A stretch of 64,000 nt of DNA, from NCBI GenBank assembly GCA_965214205.1, contig OZ243941.1, positions 1,969,419 through 2,033,418 on the forward strand. Direction: 5' to 3'. The notes under the pieces were generated by a model. That model was not told the origin of the DNA and ran no database searches. It worked only from the letters and a program-made list of their open reading frames with translations. Position 1 is the stretch's first letter. Every line of letters starts with the position of its first letter. The translations under genes were made by a program, and so were the position numbers. Source of the stretch: Candidatus Poriferihabitaceae bacterium. Lineage in GTDB: Bacteria; Pseudomonadota; Gammaproteobacteria; Arenicellales; Poriferihabitantaceae. Shown here piece after piece: positions 40,495-48,927 of the stretch.

Positions 40495-40599
40495 ATGATT
40501 CGCCGGAGTACATTTTCCGCGATTAGGTTTGGTAAATACAGTAAGAAAACGCGCAAGGGCAACCCACGGCACTTTGGCATGAAGGTCCTATTGGCGTAG
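40495..40599 (+). CDS. Candidate 34-aa basic small ORF (below the ORF-track cutoff)
   Basis: ATG at 40495 preceded by GGGAGA with a 6-nt spacer. TGTATAAT at 40454-40461 lies ~35 nt upstream. Translation: MIRRSTFSAIRFGKYSKKTRKGNPRHFGMKVLLA. Confidence 0.22.
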   Translation: MIRRSTFSAIRFGKYSKKTRKGNPRHFGMKVLLA

Positions 40600-40655
40600 A
40601 CAAACCTGTAATATTCAGATTTTCCTTAAATTTATTTTGATTTTGTGTTAGTTTC

Positions 40656-41501
40656 ATGGTTATGAACCAACCAAGAACACCAAGATTAAAACCACTGCTT
40701 GAGGCGTTCCCCCCAGGATTAATCGTAGATACGACATGGCTGAAGGCTCGGGGTATCGACTCAAAATCCATCCATGATTACGTCGCGCGCGGATGGATCA
40801 AGCGTGTGACCCGAGGCGTATACCGCCGTCCACCACCAAACGGTGCACGGGCTGACGACTTGTCCTGGCAGGTGGTCCTTATCTCACTGCAACAACTCAT
40901 GGGCCACGATGTGCATCTGGGAGGGGAAAGTGCGCTGGAATTCGAGGGCCATGTTCACTATTTGGAACTGGGAGTGATGGGACCTGTTCATCTTTACGGA
41001 AACACACCTTCGTGGATTAAGCGCCTGCCAACTACGAGACGGATAGCGCTGCACCGCCCCGTTCTTTTCAGTGGGGATCTGACAGGGATTGAAGAGACCG
41101 ATGGTCGGGATGGGGAGGACGAGTGGGTCGCGCATGTCTGGCGCTGGCCCATGAGGCTATCGTGCCCCGAACGTGCTATCCTGGAAGCGATTGGTGAACT
41201 GCCGAACAAAGCAAGTTTTGAGCACGTTGACCGGATATTTGAGGGCCTGACAGGTTTGCGTCCCAGACTACTCATGGAGCTCTTGGCGGCCTGTCGCAGC
41301 ATCAAGGTTCGGCGGCTGTTTTTCGTATTCGCGGAAAGACACGGACACGGCTGGCTAAAACACGTGGAACCCAGACGGGTTGACCTCGGAAACGGACCGC
41401 GGTCTCTGGTTCGGGACGGCAGGTTCCACCCAACCTACCGTATCTCCGTTCCCGAATTCCTCATCCCCGTGAGACAGATGGACGCGACTGGCGGTGCTTG
41501 A
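40656..41501 (+). CDS. AbiEi-like type IV toxin-antitoxin antitoxin / transcriptional regulator
   Basis: N-terminal wHTH-like segment (TTWLKARGIDSKSIHDYVARGWIKRVTRGVYR). 8-nt overlap with the downstream nucleotidyltransferase gene. Confidence 0.72.
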   Translation: MVMNQPRTPRLKPLLEAFPPGLIVDTTWLKARGIDSKSIHDYVARGWIKRVTRGVYRRPPPNGARADDLSWQVVLISLQQLMGHDVHLGGESALEFEGHVHYLELGVMGPVHLYGNTPSWIKRLPTTRRIALHRPVLFSGDLTGIEETDGRDGEDEWVAHVWRWPMRLSCPERAILEAIGELPNKASFEHVDRIFEGLTGLRPRLLMELLAACRSIKVRRLFFVFAERHGHGWLKHVEPRRVDLGNGPRSLVRDGRFHPTYRISVPEFLIPVRQMDATGGA

Positions 41502-42405
41502 TCGATACGTCGCGCAGGTACGTCTGTTGGTGGACATGCTACCCGAGGTTGCAGCGGAATCCGATTTCGCGCTCAAGGGCGGCACTGCCATCAATCTGTT
41601 CTACCGTAACCTGCCAAGACTATCGGTCGACATTGACCTGACCTGGCTCCCGGTCGCCGATCGCACAGCTTCACTCAGGGAGATTGATAGCGCTCTTAAC
41701 CGCATCGTTACCTCAACCAACCGGAACAAACCTCGGATTACGGTAATTCGCCCGATGGGTGGTGGAAATAATGACACTAAAATATTGGTGAGGCGCGACC
41801 GCGTGCAAATTAAGATCGAGACTTCACCAGTGGCAAGGGGCACCGTGTTCCCGCCAAAGCAGATGGAGGCATCCGAGTCTGTCATGGAGCAGTTTGGATT
41901 CGTGGAATCACACGTGCTCGCTTTCGAGGATCTGTATGCCGGTAAACTCGTTGCCGCTCTTGACCGCCAGCATCCGCGCGACCTGTTTGATGTCAAGCTA
42001 CTTTATGAAAATGAGGGGCTTACCGATAAACTTTTCCGCACATTCCTGGTATATGTTTCTGGTTCTCGAAGACCAATGCACGAGCTACTAGCGCCTGTTT
42101 TGCCATGCTGGGGCGACCGGTATGAAACCGAGTTTACAGGCATGACCCGGAATCCGGTTTCATCAGAAGCGCTCCTTGAGACGGGACGGTATCTGCATAG
42201 TGACATCCGAGCACGGTTGGCAGGCAGGGTTGCAGACTTTTTGCTCTCACTCCACGACGCCCAGCCAGACTTCGGATTAATTGGGTTGCCTGAGGCCGTG
42301 GAATTACCATCGGTACGCTGGAAGCTACTAAACCTTGAGAACCTGAAGACAACCAACCCTGTCAAACATGCAATGCAGCGCAACGCTCTCGAGCAACTGC
42401 TGTGA
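41494..42405 (+). CDS. AbiEii/AbiGii family nucleotidyltransferase toxin (DUF1814)
   Basis: LKGGTAINLFYRNLPRLSVDIDLTW nucleotidyltransferase motif, 303 aa. Confidence 0.85.
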   Translation: MLDRYVAQVRLLVDMLPEVAAESDFALKGGTAINLFYRNLPRLSVDIDLTWLPVADRTASLREIDSALNRIVTSTNRNKPRITVIRPMGGGNNDTKILVRRDRVQIKIETSPVARGTVFPPKQMEASESVMEQFGFVESHVLAFEDLYAGKLVAALDRQHPRDLFDVKLLYENEGLTDKLFRTFLVYVSGSRRPMHELLAPVLPCWGDRYETEFTGMTRNPVSSEALLETGRYLHSDIRARLAGRVADFLLSLHDAQPDFGLIGLPEAVELPSVRWKLLNLENLKTTNPVKHAMQRNALEQLL

Positions 42406-42422
42406 TAAATAATCTAAATTGC

Positions 42423-42455
42423 GGGCGGGTCTTGTGCCCGCCCGCGAATGGTGGA
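42423..42455 (+). repeat. 33-bp direct repeat, right copy
   Basis: Identical to 31300-31332. Confidence 0.9.
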
Positions 42456-42497
42456 ATGATTTCCGGCCGTTATCGTTGGAGACGGGTATCAACGGTA

Positions 42498-42578
42498 GCG
42501 GGCACCCACAGAGGAGCGCCCCTACGATGCCTCCAGGCGCGGCATCCATATTGTTGTGGGTTCCCGCAAATGCGGGAA
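42498..42578. repeat. REP-like elements, right island border
   Basis: Degenerate inverted copy of the left REP (GCGGGCACCCACAGAGGAGCGCCCCTACGAT, 42498-42528), plus a TTCCCGC-AAAT-GCGGGAA hairpin (42561-42578). Confidence 0.6.
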
Positions 42579-42600
42579 TGACGGATGGTTGGGACGAGAA

Positions 42601-42630
42601 AATCACTCCCCCCGCAAGGGGGGAGTGATT
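42601..42630 (-). terminator. Hairpin terminator downstream of metY
   Basis: 13-bp perfect stem AATCACTCCCCCC / GGGGGGAGTGATT with a GCAA loop. On the minus strand it is followed by TTCTCG, ~30 nt after the metY stop. Confidence 0.55.
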
Positions 42631-42661
42631 GGAAGGAGAGTGATTGGTGGGAGGGTTGCCC

Positions 42662-43936
42662 CTACCCTGCGGATGCGGCTAATGCCTGATCAATGTCTTC
42701 GATTATATCCGCCACATTTTCGATGCCGATAGACAATCGGACCAGGTCCGGGGTAACTCCCGATGAAGCCAGTTCCTCGTCTGAAAGTTGACGGTGGGTG
42801 GTTGACGCCGGATGACAGGCGAGGGATTTGGCATCGCCGATGTTAACCAGCCGCAGCACCATCTGAAGCGCGTCGATAAACCGAGCGCCGGCCTCAACAC
42901 CGCCCTTGATGCCGAAACTCATTACGCCGGAACCTTTTCCGCCCATGTATTTATCCAGCAGGGATTTGTGTGGACTGTCATCCAGGCCGCAGTAACGAAC
43001 CCACTCAACACGTTCATGGCCTTTCAGATGTTTGGCTACAGTGAGCGTGTTGTCACAGATTCTGTCCATTCTCAAGGTCAGGGTTTCGAGGCCCTGCATG
43101 GCCAGGAATGAATTGAGCGGAGCCAGGGCAGCCCCGATGTTTCTCAACGGAACCACTCTGGCCCGCAGGATATAGGGCGGCAACCCGGTTTCCGTGTATA
43201 CCACGCCATGATAGGAAACATCCGGCTCGTTCAAGCGTCTGAAGCGTTCCTTGTTCGCGACCCAATCGAATTGGTTGGAATCGACAATCATACCGGCGAC
43301 AATGGTGCCATGTCCGCCGATATATTTGGTCAGGGAATGGACAACGATGTCACAACCCCACTCGAATGGCCGACACAGGTAAGGCGTTGCTACGGTATTG
43401 TCGACGATGACTGGAATACCATGTGCATGGGCAATGTCCGAGACCTTTTGCAGATCAATTACATTGCCTGCCGGGTTTCCGATTGATTCGCAGAACACCG
43501 CCTTGGTTTTGTCGTCAAACAGACTGGCGAGCGAGTCGAGATTTTCCGGGTCTGCAAAGCGGGGTTCGATGCCCAGCTGCGGGAAAGTATGCGCGAACAG
43601 ATTGTAGGTGCCGCCATACAGGGTGGACATACTGACAAAATTGTCTCCGGCCTCGGCAATGGTCAGCAGCGAATAGGTCGTCGCCGCCTGTCCTGAGGCG
43701 AGCGCCAATCCGGCAACGCCTCCTTCCATATCGGCCACTCTCTGTTCCAGTACATCGTTGGTCGGATTCATGATCCGGGTGTAAATATTGCCCAGTTCCG
43801 CGAGGTTGAATAAATTCGCCCCGTGCTGGGTACTGTCGAATGCATAAGCCGTGGTTTGATAAATGGGCACTGCAACAGAGTGAGTGGTCGGGTCATGTTT
43901 AAAGCCCGTATGCAAGGCCTTCGTTTCTATTCTCAT
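42662..43936 (-). CDS. metY: O-acetylhomoserine sulfhydrylase (PLP-dependent)
   Basis: MRIETKALHTGF start; HSLTKYIGGHG PLP-lysine motif. The ORF is open to 44113, but the conserved N-terminus begins at the ATG at 43936. Confidence 0.92.
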   Translation of the reverse strand: MRIETKALHTGFKHDPTTHSVAVPIYQTTAYAFDSTQHGANLFNLAELGNIYTRIMNPTNDVLEQRVADMEGGVAGLALASGQAATTYSLLTIAEAGDNFVSMSTLYGGTYNLFAHTFPQLGIEPRFADPENLDSLASLFDDKTKAVFCESIGNPAGNVIDLQKVSDIAHAHGIPVIVDNTVATPYLCRPFEWGCDIVVHSLTKYIGGHGTIVAGMIVDSNQFDWVANKERFRRLNEPDVSYHGVVYTETGLPPYILRARVVPLRNIGAALAPLNSFLAMQGLETLTLRMDRICDNTLTVAKHLKGHERVEWVRYCGLDDSPHKSLLDKYMGGKGSGVMSFGIKGGVEAGARFIDALQMVLRLVNIGDAKSLACHPASTTHRQLSDEELASSGVTPDLVRLSIGIENVADIIEDIDQALAASAG

Positions 43937-44120
43937 TTTGGGTTCCTGATTAACTAATTGATGGAAATCACCGCTGACAGTCAGATCGCAACTGGACAGT
44001 CGATACCGGATTGGTACAATACATTGTATACCAGCAAAACAGGATTGGATATACTCCGGCGCGGTGGTGTTCGCCATTGCCAACCAATCCTGTTCACTAA
44101 CCTGACCGGTCATTAGCGAT

Positions 44121-45086
44121 ATGCCTGAAAAATCCCCCCCGATAGAACCCGTTAGCGGGACAGTGATACCGCGCTACGCGGGGCCATCCACATTTTGCCG
44201 GTTGCCGGAATTGCGTGACGTACCGTATTGTGACGTCGCCATACTCGGCATTCCCTTCGATTCCGGGACCAGCTATCGGCCCGGCGCTCGATTCGGCCCG
44301 CAGGCCATTCGCCAGGCCTCCAGGAACCTGCGTACCAATTTCCATCCGGCTTATGGGGTCGAGCCGTTCAAATCGATCCAGGTTGCGGACGCGGGCGATG
44401 TGGGGTGCAATCCATACAATATAGAAGAGGCCATTCAGCAGATCGAAACAGCAGCCACTAACCTGTTTGCCGAGGCTGATTCGATTGTCAGTCTGGGCGG
44501 CGACCACACGATCGCGGTCCCACTGCTGCGGGCCGTCAATAAACAGACCGGGCCGGTGGCGCTGGTCCACTTCGACGCCCATCTCGATACCTGGGATACC
44601 TATTTCGGCGCCCCGTATACCCATGGAACGCCCTTTCGCAGAGCCTCGGAAGAAGGACTGTTCAACGATGACGCCTCGATGCACGTTGGTATCCGCGGGC
44701 CTTTGTACAGCAAGGATGATTTGAAGAATGATGAAGAGCTTGGGTTCAGAGTCATCCACTGCGATGAACTTGAGAGCCAGGGTATCGACCATATCGTCAA
44801 ACGCATTCGGGACCGGGTCGGCGATCACCCGCTATACCTGTCAATCGACATTGATGTGCTGGATCCCGCTCACGCGCCGGGGACCGGCACTCCGGAAGTC
44901 GCGGGGTTATCCAGCCGGGAGCTGCTCAACATCATTCGCGGACTCCAGGGGTTGAATCTGGTCGCGGCGGATATCGTTGAAGTGGCGCCCGCCTATGACC
45001 ATGCGGAAATCACCGCGCTGGCCGCCGCTACGATTGCGTTTGAAATGGTAAACCTGATCGTGTCTCACCGACAATCAGGCCAATAG
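44121..45086 (+). CDS. speB: Agmatinase / ureohydrolase family protein
   Basis: GGDHTIA, HFDAHLDTWD and SIDIDVLDPAHAPGTGTPE manganese-binding motifs. Confidence 0.85.
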   Translation: MPEKSPPIEPVSGTVIPRYAGPSTFCRLPELRDVPYCDVAILGIPFDSGTSYRPGARFGPQAIRQASRNLRTNFHPAYGVEPFKSIQVADAGDVGCNPYNIEEAIQQIETAATNLFAEADSIVSLGGDHTIAVPLLRAVNKQTGPVALVHFDAHLDTWDTYFGAPYTHGTPFRRASEEGLFNDDASMHVGIRGPLYSKDDLKNDEELGFRVIHCDELESQGIDHIVKRIRDRVGDHPLYLSIDIDVLDPAHAPGTGTPEVAGLSSRELLNIIRGLQGLNLVAADIVEVAPAYDHAEITALAAATIAFEMVNLIVSHRQSGQ

Positions 45087-45111
45087 CCCGTCTCATCAAA
45101 ACCGCTTTGCC

Positions 45112-45612
45112 ATGACCGAAATCATCCGCGCCGCAACCATCGGGGACGCCGGATCAATCAATCATATCGCCAACTGGTACATCGAAAACACCATCGCCAA
45201 CTTCGAGACCGAGCCCTGGCCCATCCAGAAACGGACTGAATGGGTCGCCCGGTTCTGCCAAGCCGACTCACCGTATCATCTGCTGGTCAGCATACAGGAT
45301 GAACGGGTCGTCGGTTTTGCCTGCAATACACGATACAAGCCCAAGACAGGCTATGACAGCTCAACCGAAACCACAGTGTATATCGCGCCCCGGATGACTC
45401 TGGGAGGCCGTGGCGAAGCGCTTTACCGGGCCTTGCTGGGTCGGGTCGGGCAACAGCGTTTTCATCGCGCTTACGCGGTGATCGCCCTCCCCAACGAGCC
45501 TTCCATCAGGCTTCATGAGAAACTCGGCTTCCAACTGGCCGGAACGCTGGACGAGGTCGGGAAAAAGTTCGGCAAGTTCCACGACACCGGGATTTATCAG
45601 AAGAAGTTCTGA
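45112..45612 (+). CDS. GNAT family N-acetyltransferase (phosphinothricin acetyltransferase-like)
   Basis: 166 aa with a GNAT core (GGRGEALYRALL..). Confidence 0.82.
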   Translation: MTEIIRAATIGDAGSINHIANWYIENTIANFETEPWPIQKRTEWVARFCQADSPYHLLVSIQDERVVGFACNTRYKPKTGYDSSTETTVYIAPRMTLGGRGEALYRALLGRVGQQRFHRAYAVIALPNEPSIRLHEKLGFQLAGTLDEVGKKFGKFHDTGIYQKKF

Positions 45613-45733
45613 AAATCCGTTTCCAGCCAGCAGCGCCTCCGGCGGAATCTTCGATGATATCCAGGCCCGGCACAAGGCAACCACATGGTCAATTAAAGTA
45701 TAATCCGACCTCACCTATTCCACGGCGCCGTTA

Positions 45734-46459
45734 ATGACACGACCAGACAATCGCAGACCGGACGAGATCAGGCCCGTCACCATCACTCGCCATTTCACCA
45801 AGCATGCGGAAGGCTCTGTACTGATCTGCTTCGGCGATACCAAAGTGTTGTGCAACGCTTCGGTGGAGAACCGTGTCCCCCACTTCATCAGGAACTCCGG
45901 GCGTGGCTGGGTGACGGCGGAATACAGTATGTTGCCACGCGCCACCAATGAACGCACAGCGCGTGAAGCCGCTCGCGGGAAACAGTCCGGGCGCACACTG
46001 GAAATCCAGAGGCTGATCGGACGCTCATTACGCGCCGCCATCGACACCAGAAAACTCGGAGAGAGAACCATTACCATTGACTGTGACGTATTGCAGGCGG
46101 ACGGCGGCACTCGCACGGCCTCGATAACAGGCGCCTGGGTTGCGCTGATGGACGCGGTCAATGGTCTGCTTGACGCGAACAAGCTCCCGGAAAATCCGGT
46201 TTACCGCGCTGTCGCCTCGGTTTCAGTCGGCATAGTGGATGACCAGGTGGTTACTGATCTGGACTATCAGGAAGACAGCAACGCTGGCACCGATATGAAT
46301 GTCGTGATGGATGACCAGGGCGGCTTCGTCGAAATCCAGGGTACTGCGGAAGGCGCTCCTTTCAGCCGGGAAATGCTGGACCAGATGCTGGATTACGCGA
46401 CCCAGGGATGCGATTCGCTGATTGAAAAACAAAGGGAGAGCCTGGGCAGGAAATCCTAA
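45734..46459 (+). CDS. rph: Ribonuclease PH
   Basis: [29 protein letters not shown]; 241 aa. Confidence 0.96.
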   Translation: MTRPDNRRPDEIRPVTITRHFTKHAEGSVLICFGDTKVLCNASVENRVPHFIRNSGRGWVTAEYSMLPRATNERTAREAARGKQSGRTLEIQRLIGRSLRAAIDTRKLGERTITIDCDVLQADGGTRTASITGAWVALMDAVNGLLDANKLPENPVYRAVASVSVGIVDDQVVTDLDYQEDSNAGTDMNVVMDDQGGFVEIQGTAEGAPFSREMLDQMLDYATQGCDSLIEKQRESLGRKS

Positions 46460-46504
46460 AATGCGGAGCCGGCGAGAGCGGCGATTCGACACAACCAACC
46501 GTCT

Positions 46505-46627
46505 TTCCCGTGAAAACGGGAATCCACAACCATTCGGAATCTGCAATTACCGATGCGTAGAGCTTGCCCTTGATCCCCGATCAAGCCGGGGGCAAGCTTT
46601 GCGGAGTGTGTCTCTCCTTGAGGGGGA
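46505..46627. repeat. REP-like hairpin cluster between rph and rdgB
   Basis: TTCCCG-TGAAAA-CGGGAA (46505-46522). A nested hairpin AGCTTGCCC[CTTGATC-CCC-GATCAAG]..GGGCAAGCT (46561-46598). CCTTGAGGGGGAATGA (46616-46627) shares its core with 31372-31386. Confidence 0.6.
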
Positions 46628-47218
46628 ATGATCATGAAAATTGTGCTGGCCAGCAGTAATCCGGGAAAGCTCCGGGAAATACGGAAATTGCTGGAATGCG
46701 CGGATCATGAAATTGTCAGCCAGACTGAATTTGGCATTCATGATGCAATCGAAGACGGAGATTCTTTCGAGGCGAACGCATTGATCAAGGCACGGCATGC
46801 CAGCAAGCACAGTGCCCTACCGGCGCTCGCGGATGATTCCGGGTTGTGTGTTGACCTACTCGATGGAGCGCCCGGCATTTATTCCGCTCGCTATGCCGGA
46901 GATGGCGCTACAGACCAACAAAATATCGACAAACTGCTGGTGCAGTTGAGAGGAGCGCCGGTAATTGATCGCACTGCACAATTCCACTGCACTATGGCCA
47001 TGGTGATGAGCGCCGATGACCCGAACCCGATTGTCTGCCAGGGCATCTGGCCGGGGCGGATAACGGAATCGCCTTGTGGACAGAATGGGTTCGGATATGA
47101 TCCGGTTTTTTATGTACCGGAAATGAATTGCACTTCCGCTGAGATGGACGCGGATACCAAGAACAGAATCAGCCACCGCGGTCAGGCATTGCAAAAACTG
47201 ATGGCGCGTTTGGTGTAA
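46628..47218 (+). CDS. rdgB: dITP/XTP pyrophosphatase RdgB
   Basis: KIVLASSNPGKLREI ... ADDSGLCVDLLDGAPGIYSARYAG ... FGYDPVF. Confidence 0.93.
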   Translation: MIMKIVLASSNPGKLREIRKLLECADHEIVSQTEFGIHDAIEDGDSFEANALIKARHASKHSALPALADDSGLCVDLLDGAPGIYSARYAGDGATDQQNIDKLLVQLRGAPVIDRTAQFHCTMAMVMSADDPNPIVCQGIWPGRITESPCGQNGFGYDPVFYVPEMNCTSAEMDADTKNRISHRGQALQKLMARLV

Positions 47219-47259
47219 TATTCCTGTCATCGTTTATAGTTTACTATTGGAACCCACGG

Positions 47260-48927
47260 ATGCATCTGCGAAAATTATCTGGTTTTGAAGGAAGGTCGGG
47301 ACCCGTTCTGCTGGTCGTGGCGGATGGTGTTGGCTTGGCCGAGGCAGGCCCGGCAAATGCCTTGTCATTAGCCCGTACTCCGGTAATAGATGAATTGCTG
47401 GCTTCCCCGATGAGTACCCGGCTACATGCCCATGGCACTCATGTCGGCTTACCCTCGGACAGCGATATGGGAAACAGTGAGGTGGGACATAATACGCTGG
47501 GTGGTGGCAGAATATTCGATCAGGGCGCAAAGCTGGTCAACTCGGCATTCGAAAGCGGCCGGATTTTCAGGAGCGAAGCCTGGCAACAGGTTGAACAGCG
47601 GGGTGCAAAAGGCAGTGTACACTTTCTCGGCCTGTTGTCAGATGGCAATGTGCATTCCCATCTGGATCACCTGTTTTGTCTGATCGACCGCTGCCGGCAA
47701 TGCGGAATTATTGCAGTGCGGATACATATTCTGCTCGACGGCCGGGATGTAGAACCCCGGTCAGCGCCACTCTATGTCGGGAAATTGCAGGACAAACTCG
47801 ACTCCATCAACAGCGCCGGGGATTTTGATTATCGGATTGCCAGCGGCGGAGGCCGGATGAGTATTACCATGGATCGGTACGAGGCGGACTGGGACATGGT
47901 GGAACGGGGGTACAAGACCCATGTAATCGGTGAAGTTACCGGGTTTGGTCGCTCGGTGACCGATGTCCTGGCCGAGATCAGCCGACAATACCAGGCGGAC
48001 AGTACATTATCGGATCAGTATCTTGCCCCGTTCGTGGTCATTGATGATCACGGCCCGGTCGGGAAAATTGAGGATGGTGACAGCATTGTACTATTCAACT
48101 TCCGTGGAGACCGTGCCATCGAGATTTGCCGAGCGCTGGAAGATGAAACATTTACCGGCTTTGAACGTGGCTCGTTACCGGACATTTATTTTTGTGGGAT
48201 GCTACAGTATGACGGAGACCTGAAGATACCGAGAAACTATCTGGTCAATCCGCCAACCATTGACCGAACCATGATTGAGTACCTGTGCGCTGAGAATGTC
48301 AGCACATTCGCGGTCAGTGAAACCCAGAAGTTCGGGCATGTCACTTATTTCTGGAATGGTAATAAATCCGGGTACATAGACCAATCTCTTGAGAAATACG
48401 TTGAAGTTCCGTCCGACCACTGCGACTTTCAGGAGAAGCCTGAGATGAAAGCCGGGGAAATCACCCGCGCCACCATCGACCTTCTGGAGAATGGCCAGTT
48501 CAGGTTCGGAAGAATCAATTTCGCCAATGGCGACATGGTGGGTCATACCGGCAATATTTCCGCCACCGTCCAGGCTCTTGAATGTGTAGACCAGTGTCTC
48601 GGACAACTGCTTGAATGTATAAAACAACACAATGGCGCGCTGATTTTTACCGCAGATCATGGCAATGCCGATGAAATGTTTGTCGAAGTCAACGGGCAGC
48701 GTATACCCCGAACCTCCCACTCACTCAACCCGGTTCCATTTGTCATTTTCGATAGCGTCGACAACGGTTGTTATGAACTGGATCCAAAAGTGGAAGGCGG
48801 TCTGGCGAATGTGGCGGCGACCGTGTTCAATCTGCTGGGATACCACGCTCCTGAGGACTACTCCCCTTCCCTGATCCGGTTTCCCGGGGAATCCCGGACC
48901 AGCCGGAAACTTGAAGATTCAGGATAG
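47260..48927 (+). CDS. gpmI: 2,3-bisphosphoglycerate-independent phosphoglycerate mutase
   Basis: 555 aa with DGVGL, MGNSEVGHNTLG and ADHGNA motifs. Confidence 0.92.
   Translation: MHLRKLSGFEGRSGPVLLVVADGVGLAEAGPANALSLARTPVIDELLASPMSTRLHAHGTHVGLPSDSDMGNSEVGHNTLGGGRIFDQGAKLVNSAFESGRIFRSEAWQQVEQRGAKGSVHFLGLLSDGNVHSHLDHLFCLIDRCRQCGIIAVRIHILLDGRDVEPRSAPLYVGKLQDKLDSINSAGDFDYRIASGGGRMSITMDRYEADWDMVERGYKTHVIGEVTGFGRSVTDVLAEISRQYQADSTLSDQYLAPFVVIDDHGPVGKIEDGDSIVLFNFRGDRAIEICRALEDETFTGFERGSLPDIYFCGMLQYDGDLKIPRNYLVNPPTIDRTMIEYLCAENVSTFAVSETQKFGHVTYFWNGNKSGYIDQSLEKYVEVPSDHCDFQEKPEMKAGEITRATIDLLENGQFRFGRINFANGDMVGHTGNISATVQALECVDQCLGQLLECIKQHNGALIFTADHGNADEMFVEVNGQRIPRTSHSLNPVPFVIFDSVDNGCYELDPKVEGGLANVAATVFNLLGYHAPEDYSPSLIRFPGESRTSRKLEDSG

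Noticed and set aside
43937-44113. N-terminal extensions of conserved genes suggested by the longest-ORF track: metY to 44113, lepA to 4328, the M24 gene from 9013, dacC to 57653, mltB to 59294, mrdA to 62208 and mpl from 52037.
   Set aside because: The extensions lack similarity to the conserved N-termini and overlap neighbouring genes or promoters. Internal starts reproduce canonical N-terminal sequences such as MRIETKALHTG and MPEPISHNY.
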